A stretch of 64,000 nucleotides of DNA. Origin: Eledone cirrhosa (Eukaryota). Every line of letters starts with the position of its first letter. The first letter of the stretch is position 1. Positions 36,270 to 50,357 of the stretch are shown here, piece by piece. Location: the NCBI GenBank assembly GCA_964016885.1, contig OZ024741.1:357244001-357308000 (forward strand), written 5' to 3'. Position numbers and translations under genes: made by a program. Below the pieces are notes generated by a model that had not been told where the DNA came from, searched no databases, and worked only from the letters and a program-made list of their open reading frames with translations.

Positions 36270-36960
36270 AAGGAGTCATCACCGTGGCCTGGGTGAGCAA
36301 TATATGGAAGATGAGAGGCGTTAGTTGAAAGTGCCTTAAGACCAACCACAGAGAGTTGACACTGTAGGCTGGGTGGGCAATATATGAGGGATGAGAAGTT
36401 AGTTGAGAGTGCCTTAAGACAAGCCATAGAGAGTGGACACTGTGGGCAATATATGGGAGATGAGAGGAATTGGGATTGCCTTAAGACCAGCTACAGAGGG
36501 TTGACATTGTGGGGTAGGAGGGCAATATATGGGGGATGAGAGGAGTGAGTTGGGAGTGCCTTGAGACCAGTGACAGAGTGTCATCAATTTGAGCTGGGTG
36601 GGCAATATATGGATGAGAGGAGTTAGTTGGGAGTGCATGAATGGAGGTGATTTAAGAGCAGGTAGCTCCAAGGAGCAGAGGATACTGTAGCAATCGTAGA
36701 AAAGAAATAGAGAAAAGACTATGTTTGTGGGCCAGTAGCTGGAATGTGACTATATGCTAATTAGTTAAGTGATCTTTTTTTCCATGTAGTCTAGGATATC
36801 TGTAGCAATCACACTGTCCTAGATGTATGTATAGTCTATTGTGGGTTTCTCTATAGCTTTGTAGAGGGTTGGGAGTTGTTTACGGCTGAAGTATTTTCTC
36901 TGAAGACGAAGGCCAGTCTTTGATATATTGAGGTTGTGTTGACAAGAGAGATCTAGTGTT
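36270..36960 (-). mobile_element. Old LINE relic (CR1/Jockey-like C-terminus) with ~75-80-bp tandem repeats in its 3' region
   Basis: KYFSRKQLPTLYKAIEKPTIDY resembles L.LYK..IRP.MEY. About five gggcaatatatgg..gatgagagg..ttagttg.gagtgccttaagacc units at 36290-36640. Confidence 0.6.
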
Positions 36961-37094
36961 CTAGTTACATGTTCTTCAAGTTTAGGGGTGTAGAATATTG
37001 TGTTTTGGTGTAGTGATTTATAAATTGAAAAAAATGATGAATAAACTTTATTGATATTCAGCCATAATTGGGGTTTCATTGGAGGACATATACA

Positions 37095-37390
37095 TCAAAC
37101 AATCCTAAGGAAATACATAACTAAAGGCTTTATGAACCCCATTAAATATAGTAGTAGTCTGACATAGATGTACTAATTTGCATATTACTAGTGCCTATGT
37201 TAGTAGTTAATTTTGATACATGTCAAATTGTGCACTATTTATTGTATTCTTTAGCTACTTAATGCACAATCTAATATGTATTAAAATCAGCTATCAACAT
37301 AGGCACTAGTAATATCAAATTAGTACATCCATTTCAGTAATATTTGATGGGAGTTTATAAAACCTTCAGATACGTAGTTTTGTGATTGCA
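37095..37390. mobile_element. Fold-back / MITE-like inverted repeat
   Basis: gatgtactaatttgcatattactagtgcctatgtt (37167-37201) pairs with aacataggcactagtaatatcaaattagtacatc (37296-37329); outer arms are also complementary. Confidence 0.75.
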
Positions 37391-40300
37391 ATTATATTCT
37401 GATGGACCATAAAAATCAATTAAGGATACTCATCATTTGTTCAGTTTACAGGGGATTACATACATTGAACATGTTTATATGTCTATATAAACAATGTGCA
37501 AATTTATATACATATTTACATTGTCCCTGTTATACTCTGTACTGCATATATATAGATATAAATTTATCAAGGAAACTATATACATTGGTTGACACCATCT
37601 GTCTGTCAAAACTCCTCGCAGAAATATCACCATGTTTTTTTTCAGTGATAGGAGGCAAGATTTGAATCGAGAACGTATAGAGCCTGAACTGATATTGCAA
37701 GGCTCTACATATTCTGCCAATCCACTGCTTCTGGACTACTTTATTTATGAGAGGGTCAAAGACAAAGTTGACCTTGGTATTATTTGAACTGAGAACAGGG
37801 AATCAGAACAAATGGTGCAAAGCATTTAATATGACACTCTAATGACTCTGCCAATTGTCACATGTAAAATTATACACAGAAATCACTCTTTCTGAAATAT
37901 GATGATGGTTTTATATCATAAAGATGTATGGACCTATAACTCCTGATGGAGTCATAGGTGTGCCATCATGGCACTTTAAAACTAGTTGAGTCCATCACCT
38001 CTTTAGGTTTGAACAGCCAATTTATTCATAGGAGAGAGGAGGTGAGAAAGAGATGTTGAGGAAAAATTGACCTCAAGATAAAAGGCAAAGTTAACCATGG
38101 CTGAATTTGAACTCAGGGAACACAGAGACAGAACAGATATTGAAAAGTATTCTATCCAACATTTAAAGACTATCAATTTATAAGTTCAAGAACTAGTGAC
38201 CTAATGGGAATTAAGTCATATAGTATTCAAAAATGCTTAGAAAGCAATACAATGTGAAGGCATGTTGTCTTGTGGTTAGGATGTTTAACTTACGGTCATA
38301 AGGTTGTGGGTTTGATTCCTGGATTGGGTTGTGCGATATGTTCTTGAGCAAGATGCTTCATTTCATGTTGCTTTTCATGATAGGACAGGAATGCCCTATT
38401 ATCAAAACAGCTGAGAAACCTCCTATGAGATGCAACCTCACATAGGAGGCCAGTTAAATCTGCATGAGTGTAAGCTATAAATGAATTTTTTTCTTAGAAG
38501 GAAATACCAATATTCCATTGTAGTGTGTAATTGAATGTGCAGGTCTTCTGCCTTTTTTGTCTTTTTGATTCATTTCTTTTGTAAATCATATTCAGTATAT
38601 AAATGTTTTAATAAAGTTTGTTTTTGTATGTTGTACAAAAGACAATCACCACTGGAAACGATAATAAATTGTGCAACATGTAGTAAAATTATATTAGTTT
38701 AGTTTATAAAAATAGAATTAGTATCAACTCTTTTGATACTAACCTGCCTGAAACTGTCCCAGGTTCTATGATACAAATCTATTCATATTAAAATTTATCT
38801 TAAAACCTTCCATCATAATTTTATGTGAGAAACTTTGTTAAATTATGTTCTAAATACCAATTTAATGATGAGAAAGTTATATTACTAAATGGCTTCAAAA
38901 TTCTAAACAATTTTCAAAAGTAATTAAAAATAAGCAGTGTTTCATTAGAAATATAATAATGAAAGGGTTAATTAATTGTACTTACTCGCTATGAATGTTT
39001 TCACTTCTCCCAATCTCGACTGTTTTATGAAGTAAAGAACCATATAAAAATGGAATGAAACCATTTTTAGCTTGTTTCTGGTGTTAACAATTTTGATAAT
39101 TAGATCACTATAGAGATTAAATATATTTCTCTTTTTAACTTGGAGTGTTTTCTTTTTCTTTTTAGAAAAAACAAACAAAAACATTTCTATAAAAATATAT
39201 ACTTTAGATATAAACCTATGATTTTCATGTGAACTGATAATAATCTAAATGAGTATATTGTTATTACAAGCAATATATATGTTGTGTTGGTAACAGTTGT
39301 TAATCTTTGGTTAATCTTAGTCAATATGCTTTCTACTTAAAACAAATTTACTCAAATGGAAATTTTACTTCCCAAATCTTTAATTTCTGATGAAGCTAGA
39401 CTGAATTTTTACTGCATTAGTCTGTCTTCAGTATGAAGCTGTTGCTTAGTGGATCTGATGTTGGTTCAATTAAACTTTAGCCTGGATTGGTGACAGAGCT
39501 AATATTCGTTAGGATGGAGATTTGGTAGAGTGTTGAACTAAAAACCTTATAGTTTGTTGCTGCTAAGTTGTGAGTTCAAATCCAATTAGAATAATCCATT
39601 TTTTTTTTACTCACCAGGTCTTGACAAAAATGAGTACCAGTAATATCCAAGGGCTCTTAACTGCTGATGGAGTTGTAGGGGTGCTGTGTCTAGGGCATTT
39701 GAACCTGGTGGAGCATATCTCGTCTCTAGGCCTGAATATAGCTGATCTCTTCCAGACAAATAGACAGAGACAGTGAAAAAGAAACGTAGAGGAAGAATCA
39801 ACCCCAAGAATGAAAGGCAAAGTTGATTTTAGCAGGATTTGAATTTAGAGCAGTCTATCTGATGTTCTGACTGTTAATTTGCTGCCTGCCTATCCCTTTG
39901 AATATTAAATCTTATATACCTTCTATCATCGTCATCACTGTTTAATGTCTATTTTGCATGGGTTTCATGGGTTGTCACGTAGACTGGTCAGGTGATTATG
40001 ACTTATACAATCTGTTTTTGGCTTGGTTTCTTTAACTAGAAGCCCTTCCTAATGCTAACTAGTTACTTTACGGGGTAAGCCAGGTGTTTTTGTGTACTAG
40101 CAGCATTTTATCATGACTCCAACACTATCACCTTACAGAGTAAGCTTTTTATGGTAGCACCAGCACTGGCAAGGCACAACACATTGTTCTAAGAAAATTG
40201 ATGAAATAAACCTAAGCTCATATGCCGTATTTATAATGTTATAATAAATACATTAATGAGCTAATGTTATGTAATATTTATACTTATTTTGTGAACTTTA

Positions 40301-40649
40301 TGCAGCAAATTAACAGAGTTGTAACAGTTGGATAAAATTCCTTGCAGTATTTGTTTCAACTTTTTTCATTTGGAGTTCAAATCTCATTGAGATCAATTTA
40401 CCTTTCATCCTTTCACGGGTTGATAAATAAAGTACCAGTCTAGGGCAGTGGATTAGCAGAATTGTAAGAGCATCAGCTAAGAGTATTTAAAAATTTTTTT
40501 CTAACTCCGTGTTGATATATAAATTTTTCACCTTACTGGAGTCCAATCAACAGCATGGTTATTGCAAAGCGCCGACACAAAATCCAATCTAGAAATGAAG
40601 CAATGCTTTACACTAATGCTCTAATGTCTACCAATTTGAAAAAAATGCA

Positions 40650-40925
40650 GTTGACTTAGGAAGCATTGGGAAAATTTGAAACATGCATCTCAATGCAAAT
40701 CATCATAATAATAATCAATCACTATAAATAATAGTTAAGAAAATCAGGTAAAATACCCCTGTAGATGGAAAAAAGGTGGACATAGGCACCCGTGGGTTTC
40801 AATTCCTTGCAAACATCTATGTCCACTTTTTTCTAACTCCAAGAGTAGTTTATCTGATTCTTTCAACTATTATCTATAGTGATCAACTATCATTATGGTC
40901 ATTTGAGTTGGGACACACACATTTA
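40650..40925. mobile_element. Fold-back (MITE-like) element, fullest copy of the family at 12615-13130 and 22285-22430
   Basis: tcactataaataatagttaagaaaatcaggtaaaatac...gtggacatag pairs with ctatgtccac...gtagtttatctgattctttcaactattatctatagtga. Confidence 0.75.
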
Positions 40926-41289
40926 AAAAATGTTTCTCTTTTTTGTGGAAGTTGTAGAGTTTATTTGTAACTCCATATAATTACATTTAATTAGGAAGTT
41001 GGCTGTTTCATAGTATGTGGTAGCATATTTCACAAAACATGTGCCTGTGTAATGCATGTTAATTTCATGAGCAGGCTGATACATTAATGGAACAACTGAA
41101 ACACACATCGTTAAAACTGTCAGAAGTCCATTTCATTCTATTCCAAGTTTAGTGTGATTTTTTATAGATGTTTCTGTTAACCTACTGGACTCCTATAATT
41201 TAAGTTAACATAATAAATATCACAACACTTTATAGACAGTCATGAACCATTGTTAAGCAGAGTTTGTCTCTGCTGCAGCCATCTTAATC

Positions 41290-41695
41290 ATCATTTTTAA
41301 CATGGGTTTGACAAGTCCCTTCCAGCATATCATCCTTCCACTTGTCTCTTTCCTTTGTGAGGTTTAGTATCTTAAAGGTCAACTTTCACCACTTTTGTCC
41401 ATGTCTTCCACAGGCTATCTCTACCACATCTTTCTTCAGCTGGGAACACCTGGCATGTCTTTACCCAATAATCATTATTTTTATGTGTTCATCTATACCA
41501 GAGCAATCTACTATCTTGCTCACAAATTTAATTTCTCTTATACTCAATTTTTCTCTCAACTCATCTGTGTGTTGTCATTTATGCACACTGACATTAAACA
41601 TCAAATGGTTCATGTTTTTCTAGCCTTCACATATCAGCTATATTCAAAAGAGGTTGGAAAAAAATGAATCAAGCATGCTCCATTGGATGTGTCAT
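41290..41695 (-). mobile_element. Highly degenerate RTE 3' fragment
   Basis: Colinear with 21345-21745. Confidence 0.6.
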
Positions 41696-44600
41696 ATTAG
41701 AGTACATAAATGATGAAGTACAACACAGCATGGACAAACCTTAAAACAAATACCCAAAACTCTCTAGTTATATAAATGTATGAACCCATAACTTTTGAGT
41801 TGGGGGGGGGGGGGGAGACATAGTGACATACAATGTGTTTAAACCAGGTTTGAATACAGTTAAGTTCTTCCAGAGAGGGAGTATTAGAGAGAAAATGAGA
41901 AAGGGATAGAGATGAATCCAGTACTGGACTGGTATTTTTTAATAACCTCAAAAGGATGAAAGGCAAAGTTGACCCTGGCAGGATTTGAACTCAGAATGCA
42001 GAGCCAGAATAAATACTACAAAGCATTGTATTCTAATGACTCTGCTAATTCACTGCCTTATCTCTTACTAGTTACCAGCTTGATACTGTAAGCCACTCAT
42101 CTATTTGTATTGGCACTGGAAGAATTGAATTCGTTGACCAAGAACAGAGTGAAACATCAGTATTAGAAAATACTCACCGATCACTCAAGAGTGTAGTCTT
42201 TTTACCCTGGGTCTTCATAGCCCAGAAACCATCAATTGCTGCAGCCATGGTAGATTTTCTTAAAGAAAAATTGATGCTTTTAAGATATTTTCATAAATAT
42301 GCAATAGAAAGGATTTTTATGCTTTTTTGATGTTTGTTAATTTGACATTCAACTTTACACTCATACAACCCAGTTTGTGTCTCAACTTTGCATCTATCTC
42401 TATGACAGTCACTTGATCTGCTAAAAATAACAATGAAATCTTCAAAACACACCTTAGCATCTTTCTCTTTCACTCTATAAAAAAAAATGAGGGCCACATT
42501 GGATCGTATAGTCTTAGATACTCTGCACCTGAGTAGAGGATGTGTTGGTCATAGAACACCTTTGATCTAAGGTCAGTTAGATCAGGGATGACATTGCGCT
42601 AAACAACAACGCCAGTAATCTCTACATAATCATTTAACTTGCTAGAAATAACAGCCAAATACCCATTAAATCACACCCCATTGTCTTAAAAAAAGACAAA
42701 CACATTGGATAATGTAGTCTTAGATGCACTATTCTGGCTTAAGGCTAAGTTAATTGACTAAGTTTCCTCCACAACCGTGAGGTCCTTGGTTCGATTCCAC
42801 TGCATAGCGCCACGAGAAAATGTCTTGTATCTATAGCTCCAGATCAACCTTGTGTGTAAAAATAGAAAATCTGCATGGAAGCTTGCTGGGTGGATTGTAC
42901 CAAACTTGTCAAAAACTGTCATAGTGATTTTGCTTGATAAAAACAAAATACCTAAACTGCTCCTAGTTTTTACAAAACTCTTTGTTTTAAAAACCTTCCA
43001 TCATTATTTTATGTAAGAACCTTTAAGTTATGCTCCAAACTTCAGTTTAATGAAAAAAACCCTTCCAACTTTTTATTATTTTAAAAATTATTTGAAAATC
43101 ATAGGCAGTGTGTTTGATTAAAATATGGTAATAACAGGGTTAAATGAGTTACTAACTTGAGAGAACTATCTTATATAGTATGTCGAAATAAGACAACTAC
43201 TTAACTATTATTTATTCATCATTTGTTAAAGGAAACCTCTAAATTGAGGTCAATAGTAATAATAAAAGAACAGGGTTTTTTGTGTTCTTGCCATTAGCGT
43301 TAATTGAAGGGCATTTCTCTTTCCTCTTTGTGGAAATCTCTCCTTTTAAATTGTAGCATAAGTTAGGTAAACAATTATAATTTCAAAAATGATCCCTACA
43401 TTTTTAATGATACTTATTTCTTTAATTGAACAAAGAAGTCTGCAACAAACAGCTCAGAATTGTGACTTTTATTTGAATAAATAATGACAAATCGATTAAA
43501 CAATCAAATATATGTGTGTATGTGAATGTGTATATTTATATATGATTAGGATGACTGACGAAACTGGAATTTGAAAAGCTTGTGATTTTCCTCAAAAACA
43601 GAACAAAATCATTTCAAATGAAATATAACAGTACCGAAGATTTCATTTGTGCCACCAGTCCAACACTTTCTCATTTATAACGGTTAGTTTATATTTTTTA
43701 ATAATCTTAATATAAGAAAGGTGTCCAATATAAGCATATGATCAACCCATAATTGGTACTTTATTTTATCGATATTAAGGATGAAAAGCAAAGTTGACCA
43801 TGGTACGTTTTGAACTGGCCATGTAAAGAGTCAGAACAAACATTCCAAGTCATTTTGTCCTGGCACTCTACTGATTTTGCCAATCCACTGCTCTTATTCT
43901 TAGTTCATAATGCAACTCTTGTGGTCACATCTTTTTTTTTTTTTTATATATCTGAAAGATATTTTTAAAGTATGAAGTCATGAAGATGTTTTTTTTTTTT
44001 GTTTTGCTTTATTTTTTCTCTGACATTCCTTTTCTTTTCCATTGTAGCTAATGTTCTCCCAGATGGGCCAGGAACCAAGTCTTGCTTACATGGTTTTGTA
44101 TTATTAGCTATTTCATTTTCTAAGCATTTACTTGATTTAGAGGTTTCATAGAAAACATTTAAATTATTTCCATATTAGATAATAATCTATGAAAAAGAAA
44201 GGCATACATTTCTGTAAGTGTGAATATTTTAGCACCTAACTTTTTCTTTTAATTATCATTATGCCTTAAAAATAAACTGTCTTTGTATTTAGATATTTTG
44301 AATATCAGAGATTCCCCATCTGCAATTTTGTTTTAATTTAGAAAAAAGAAAAAAAAAACTCAATTAATTATAATTTTAAAAAAATCAGAAACTGATTAGG
44401 GGTAGGGGGCTTACATTTGCAGTATTTTTTGTTTTGTATATAAATATATTTCATTTGCATTAATAAATTGAAACAACAGTATTTTAAATTTTCAGAAAGT
44501 AAAACAACCAATGCTTCCAAATGCAAACAAACTATATCATTTATATGCTTCAAATGTAAATGAAATATATTTATACAAGAATGTTGTAGTTTGCTTGAAG

Positions 44601-46421
44601 TATTGAGATATGCAGAACATAGTGTTTTTGAACATTAAATATTAAACTTGTCTTGATAAGGTGTTATGAGAATGAGAGAGATAGGGGAAGAGAAATTATA
44701 CATCCTTAGTGGTTTATACATTTCAAATGTAAACAAAATATGTTTAGATAGAAAAAAAAGTAATTTCTCTAATCCTATTCAGTTTCTGATTTTACAAAAT
44801 AATATTTTTTTAAATTCATAGATTCTCAATTTATGACATTCAAAACATAAAAAAGGCAAAATAACATAGTTAAAAGAAGTGGGGGTGGGGGAATTTAAAA
44901 TGTTGATGCTTAAATGAATAAGTGCTAAAACGGAAAATAAAACCATGTAAAATTAATTTAATAATTTAAAATTATTTTGAAAATCACAATTAAAAAAAAA
45001 AAATTCTTTAAATGCAATAATTGCATTCATTTAAATGAAATATCATCATCATTTAACATGTTTTCTCTGCAAGCAGGGATACTGACCTGCCAGACAGGCC
45101 AGGGTCTACATCTCACATATGGTCCCACTCTCTACCGAGTGCATTTTATTGTGACACCTGCACTAGAGAGTTTGTCATGTCTTTAACACAGGTGAAGGGT
45201 CCTCCCAACCCTTTGTTTGGCAAGCTTTCTATGGCTAGATGCCCTTCTTAGTACCAACCACTTTACAGCATGTACTGGGTGGATTTATCATGTAAAAATT
45301 TTCTTTGTATCAAATTTAAAAAAAGGATTTTTAATTCTGTGTAAAAATTGTAACTCTAAAAACATTTTGACTAAGTATTTTACCTATTTCGATTTCTTTT
45401 TGTTCTTTCTCTTATTTTTACCTATGTAGTTTTCCAATATCAAAATAAAGAATACTCACTAAATTGTTTTGTTTTGTGGTCTGAAAGAAAGAGTTTACAA
45501 AGCTATAAACTAGACAAGTGAACAGTATGTCACCAGCAAAATATAAGCAAAATATTTAGAATATTAGAGCAATAAAATTTAACAAAAGTTGTTTAATTTC
45601 TAAATTGTTTCATAACTTAAAGAAAAAAAACAAAACGATTAAAACAAGAATAAATAATAAAGATGTTATTTGTTAAAAACTAAATTGTTAGTCAGCATGG
45701 GTGTAAAATTTGGAGATATTTAATATTTCAAAGGTGAGAGCATTTTATAAAGCGAAAATAGAATGCTTAATGAAGGATGGAATTTTAAATATGAAATGTG
45801 AAGCTGATGGAAGTGAACTGTTTTGAAAGCAAAAGGAAATTATTGTGACATTGTGAATGAGTCCTCAAGAACAGCTCCAATGTACAAAAGTTATATAATT
45901 AGTATAAAAAGGATCAACCATCATATAACAAAATTATTGCTAATTTAGTATATATAAAGGGTTATTACTAAAATTACGAGTTTTTAGAATTCATTGTGTT
46001 CCTAAAGACAAACTCTAATAATGTACCAAAAGTTATTGTGGACTGGAAATAAAGAAAATTACTGTATGTTCACCTGTTCTATTTACATATCTAAAAAATG
46101 ATTTATTTAAAAAAAACTAACAAAAGCCAATGTCATTAATTAAATGAACAATGTTTTAGTCAATAAATAAATACCAATAGATTCATAGAAAGTGTCTGTA
46201 GGAAAAGAAACATATGAAGTATTATGAAGTAAAAAAAATGGTGCTCTCAGTATAGCTGCAGTCTGTTGAACAGAATAATTTGTTAATTGCTTTTTTTTTT
46301 TTCACATATATCTAATATTTCAGATATACACATACACACACAGTAAAAGATTTGTTGTGGTAAAAAATTCATGTTTTATTTCATTTTATCAGCTGGTAGA
46401 AAAAAAATGTATATACAAAAC

Positions 46422-46832
46422 TTAATGACTGTGTGTCATCAGAGTATCAGGTGCATGTGTTGAGGGTGAAGAGGGCTCCGAAGTGGATTGGTGAAGTCGG
46501 CTGTCGAAAGACTGCCGAGATTGGTTCAGCAAGACAGTCTTTAGTCTTTGCTTGATGTCTTCTGTCGAGGGTGATGGTTTGATGGTCAGACTGTTGGAGT
46601 GCATCAGACTACGGGGTATGGCAGCCAGTTTCACTGTACAAGGTTTGATGAGTTTGCGAGGGTCCAGCCCAGACATATCTGCTCCTGTAGGGTCCCCTCC
46701 CAATGGTGGCCCAGCCATGCCCAACATGGCAGGCGTAGACAATGTTCTGGACAGGGGTCCACTGTTTGAAATGGCTATCAGATCCCTGCTTCCGCCTGTC
46801 AGATCTATTGGTTCCACAGAAGACATTTTAGC
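46422..46832 (-). CDS. Terminal coding exon (distal duplicate) of an unidentified gene with PIDLT and MEF2-binding-like motifs (possibly Cabin1-like)
   Basis: Branch point and acceptor ctaacccagctcctcgttatttctgcag|GCT AAA ATG. GC-richer open frame AKMSSVEPIDLT...STEDIKQRLKTVLLNQS...THSH*, followed by an AT-rich UTR. Confidence 0.8.
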   Translation of the reverse strand, partial: AKMSSVEPIDLTGGSRDLIAISNSGPLSRTLSTPAMLGMAGPPLGGDPTGADMSGLDPRKLIKPCTVKLAAIPRSLMHSNSLTIKPSPSTEDIKQRLKTVLLNQSRQSFDSRLHQSTSEPSSPSTHAPDTLMTHSH

Positions 46833-48549
46833 CTGCAGAAATAACGAGGAGCTGGGTTAGACTTGACTTAAAATCCAAGTCACCAGTTGAGGCAGTAGGG
46901 ACTAGTGTTGCTCACTGACAATGCTTGGGTAGAGACAAGTCAGTTTCTACTTTTGTACACAAACATACACACTCGCATTTATAGAAAATAATTAAGATAC
47001 ACTTACTTAGATACTTATGTACAAAAAAATACATTTTATTTAATGAGAACAAAAAAAAAACAAAAAAAACATGGAAACAAAAATAATCAATTCTTAATAA
47101 AGTCCCCTTAAAATTTTGAAGAAATATTTATTTATGAAAAAGTATTTTTCTAAGTCTTTAGTAAATAAAGCATTGATGACAAATGTAATCATTCATTAAT
47201 GAAAACTGTATATAACCAAACCATAAATGACTATTAAATAACTGAAGAATTTTGTTGAAACAAATATTAATTAAAGTATCTTAATCAGATGCCAAAGCAC
47301 TAAACTAACCTAAAATGGTTTTGAATTATTTAAAAAGCATGTTTCTGTGATTTACAAAAGAGAGAAAATTAATTAATGATGAGTGTAGATTTATTAACAA
47401 ATAACACGTAAAATATATATTAATGAGATTTATCATTTCATAATTGCCAACATATTCTAAATAGGATAATTTTGATAATGTAACAAATATTGATTTCTAA
47501 TTTAGACACAAGGCCAGCATATTTGAGGGAAGGACATAGTTGATTAAACCAACCCCAGTTCTTGACTGGTACTTTATTTTATCTACCCCGGAAGGATGAA
47601 AGGCAAAGTTAACCTCAGCAAGATTTGAACTCAGAATGTAAAGAGCCAGAACAAATACCACAATAGCATTTTATCTGACACTCTACCGATTCTGACAATT
47701 CACCGCCCTCAAGAAAGAAAAATGTATTAAAATCTACTTGATATCAAACTAAGAAATGAGATGATTCTAATGTATAACAAAAATGACAATTGTACGAGTA
47801 GAAGATAAGAAAAGAAGAATAAAGAATATATATATATGTATATGTGTGTGTGTGTGTGTGTGTATATATAAATGTATAAATATGTATGTTAGAGAGGAAA
47901 AGAAAGATATACATATATATATAAAAATGTACATAGATTTAAATACAACCCCCTCCCCCAGTCATAAATGACTCTGTGGCACAAGCCAAGGTAAGGTAAT
48001 TTAATGGAAGACCAGCTGTCGCCCATGCATAACAGTCTTTCCTCTCCCTGCCACCAATGTTATCAAACGGAAAGGCCAATACAGCTTGGCAACAGTGATG
48101 TGACAACTCATTTTTTCCAGCTGAGTAAACTGGAGTGACACGACATGAAATGTCTTGCTCAAGGACACAATGCACTACCTGGTTTGAGAATAAAACTCAC
48201 AACCTCACAATTATAAGCCTACTGCTCTACCCATATATAAATATAAAGATGTACAACAGATCTATAATGTGTGTGCATGCTTACAGAATTATGTTCACAA
48301 ATGCAGTCTGTCTTTCAGCAAGTTATTTTCTTTTACGCTATCTGTTTCTTTTTTTTTTGTTCATTTAAAGAGAGTTACTTGGTCAATTTCATAATGAACT
48401 GATTGATGGTAGAAATAACATATTTTCCTATATACCTGAACCAAGAGACAACTAACTATATCAAACTAACATGGGTAAATTAAACTTCTTCCCCTCTCCA
48501 CCAGTTATATGTATGTATGTATATATATATATATGTGTGTGTGTGTATG

Positions 48550-48796
48550 TGTACATATAGGTGATACAACAAAATGCACCCAGTCCACACTGTAAAGCGG
48601 TCGTGTAGGTAACACGGTAAAAAGGGTCCCAGTCTACATTGTAAATGTGGTTGGTGTTAGGAAAGGCATCCAACCATTGAAAATCTGCCAGAAACACTTC
48701 TGTACGAGCGAGACATAGTCTCCCGACAAATCCTGCTTCGAGAGGGTCAAAACCGTCCAATCCATGCTAGTTTGGAAGACCGACGTTAACCGATGA

Positions 48797-48800
<4 letters not shown>
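48550..48800 (+). mobile_element. RTE-tail-type short element inserted in the (TA)n of copy A
   Basis: gttggtgttaggaaaggcatccaacc...ccatgctagtttggaagaccgacgttaaccgatgatg. Confidence 0.75.
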
Positions 48801-49206
<406 letters not shown>

Positions 49207-49946
49207 TAATATTAGTGCATAAGAATGTGTACTCAATAATATAATAGAGATAAACAGTTTATTAAGGCTGATTCAGAGGCCTGTTACTCTGTGTTACAGT
49301 TGAAGTATTTAACTATCTGAAAAACCTGTCGCATATAGGAGAAACTCCACATTAACAGGACATTGAGTCAGTATTAATAAACTATATATTATAAAATGTA
49401 AATACACATGCCAGGTCTCTCCATGGACACACAGGGGAACTAGGTATTTTATGTGTCTCAGGCTAACTCAGTAGGGGATCTTGCAGCAGCGTTGTGGACC
49501 AGAGAAACAATGTGCTGGCCTACACTGGTAGATATTCCTTGACATTTATTAATCTACTGAAAGATATTGTGGACTGGAAATAAAGAAAATTACTGTATGT
49601 TCACCTGTTCTATTACATGTCTAAAAATGATTTATTTTCAGAAAACTAACAAATGCCAATGTCATTAATTAAATGAACAATGTTTTAGTCAATAAATAAA
49701 TACCAATAGATTCATAGAAAGTGTCTGTAGGAAAAGAAACATATGAAGTATTATGAAGTATAAAAAATGGTGCTCTCAGTATAGCTGCAGTCTGTTGAAC
49801 AGAATAATTTAATTGCTTTTTTTTTTCACATATATCTAATATTTCAGATATACACATACACACACAGTAAAAGATTTGTTGTGGTAAAAAATTCATGTTT
49901 TATTTCATTTTATCAGCTGGTAGAAAAAAAAATGTATATACAAAAC

Positions 49947-50357
49947 TTAATGACTGTGTGTCATCAGAGTATCGGGTGCATGTGTTGAGGGTGAAGAGGG
50001 CTCCGAAGTGGATTGGTGAAGTCGGCTGTCGAAAGACTGCCGAGATTGGTTCAGCAAGACAGTCTTTAGTCTTTGCTTGATGTCTTCTGTCGAGGGTGAT
50101 GGTTTGATGGTCAGACTGTTGGAGTGCATCAGACTACGGGGTATGGCAGCCAGTTTCACTGTACAAGGTTTGATGAGTTTGCGAGGGTCCAGCCCAGACA
50201 TATCTGCTCCTGTAGGGTCCCCTCCCAATGGTGGCCCAGCCATGCCCAACATGGCAGGCGTAGACAATGTTCTGGACAGGGGTCCACTGTTTGAAATGGC
50301 TATCAGATCCCTGCTTCCGCCTGTCAGATCTATTGGTTCCACAGAAGACATTTTAGC
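49947..50357 (-). CDS. Terminal coding exon (proximal duplicate) of the - strand gene
   Basis: Same protein as 46422-46832. The phase-0 acceptor is compatible with the phase-0 donor at 63616. Confidence 0.8.
   Translation of the reverse strand, partial: AKMSSVEPIDLTGGSRDLIAISNSGPLSRTLSTPAMLGMAGPPLGGDPTGADMSGLDPRKLIKPCTVKLAAIPRSLMHSNSLTIKPSPSTEDIKQRLKTVLLNQSRQSFDSRLHQSTSEPSSPSTHAPDTLMTHSH

Noticed and set aside
39388-39440. CTGATGA followed by a stem (similar cases at 28093, 43556, 49318)
   Set aside because: No correctly placed GAAA/NUH, or the core is too degenerate to call a hammerhead.
46552-46860. + strand 102-aa ORF (also 50077-50385)
   Set aside because: Antisense shadow of the - strand exon, which has the splice signals and motifs.
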